Source: Opitutales bacterium (GTDB lineage: Bacteria; Verrucomicrobiota; Verrucomicrobiia; Opitutales; Coraliomargaritaceae). From it: a stretch of DNA of 49,353 nucleotides. The DNA lies in assembly GCA_049598495.1 (NCBI GenBank), contig JBMYNR010000008.1, forward strand, positions 1 through 49,353. Reading direction: 5' to 3'. Shown piece after piece: positions 49,306-49,353 of this stretch (within the stretch, counting starts at the first letter, position 1; the number at the start of each line of letters is the position of its first letter). The notes under the pieces were generated by a model. It was not told the DNA's origin. It saw nothing but the letters and a program-made list of their open reading frames with translations, and did not search any database. The position numbers and the translations under genes were made by a program.

Positions 49306-49353
49306 CCCGCTTATTGCATGAGATCCAGAATTGGCTTTGGCAAGGCGCGAGCC
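49306..49353 (-). mobile_element. Partial MITE-like element B (inverted) at the window end
   Basis: Exact reverse complement of 3-50; flanked by CTAG at 49302-49305. Confidence 0.85.

Overview
A 49.4-kb stretch of mostly core-genome bacterial chromosome, GC roughly mid-50s by eye. Gene content and protein style suggest Verrucomicrobiota/Opitutae (inference only). It holds about 41 protein genes: a TonB-dependent receptor, ppk1, a Tat/lipoprotein alkaline phosphatase, a HIT-phoH-7TM/HD-ybeY-ECF sigma-anti-sigma-permease run, exosortase-glgA, a GATase-LipB fusion plus lipA, an S8 protease, metX-metW, SulP, IMPase/HisN, folP, rnr, an uncharacterised kinase-like protein, a methyltransferase, msrA, DUF493, rpsA, sua5, rpsR, recQ, a PfkB kinase, mlaEFDCA, LysR, yggS and smc. 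It also has SRP RNA, tRNA-Leu(TAA), tRNA-Arg(CCT) and a GIY-YIG pseudogene with one premature stop just downstream of tRNA-Leu. No CRISPR, prophage, rRNA or transposase gene was seen. The most unusual content is non-coding. (i) Two MITE-like families: a highly structured 241-bp element (B) sits inside a TA-flanked element (A) with a 4-bp CTAA duplication, apparently at the same site in two places, and inverted partial copies of B form both window ends. (ii) Several REP-like palindrome families, one with compensatory base changes. (iii) A nested CTTCG...CTACG palindrome between tRNA-Leu and the GIY-YIG gene. Protein-level oddities are the GATase-LipB fusion, the PI3K/HipA-like motif protein, the exosortase overlapping glgA, and MlaA without a lipobox. 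All calls come from motif recognition by eye; no database search was run.
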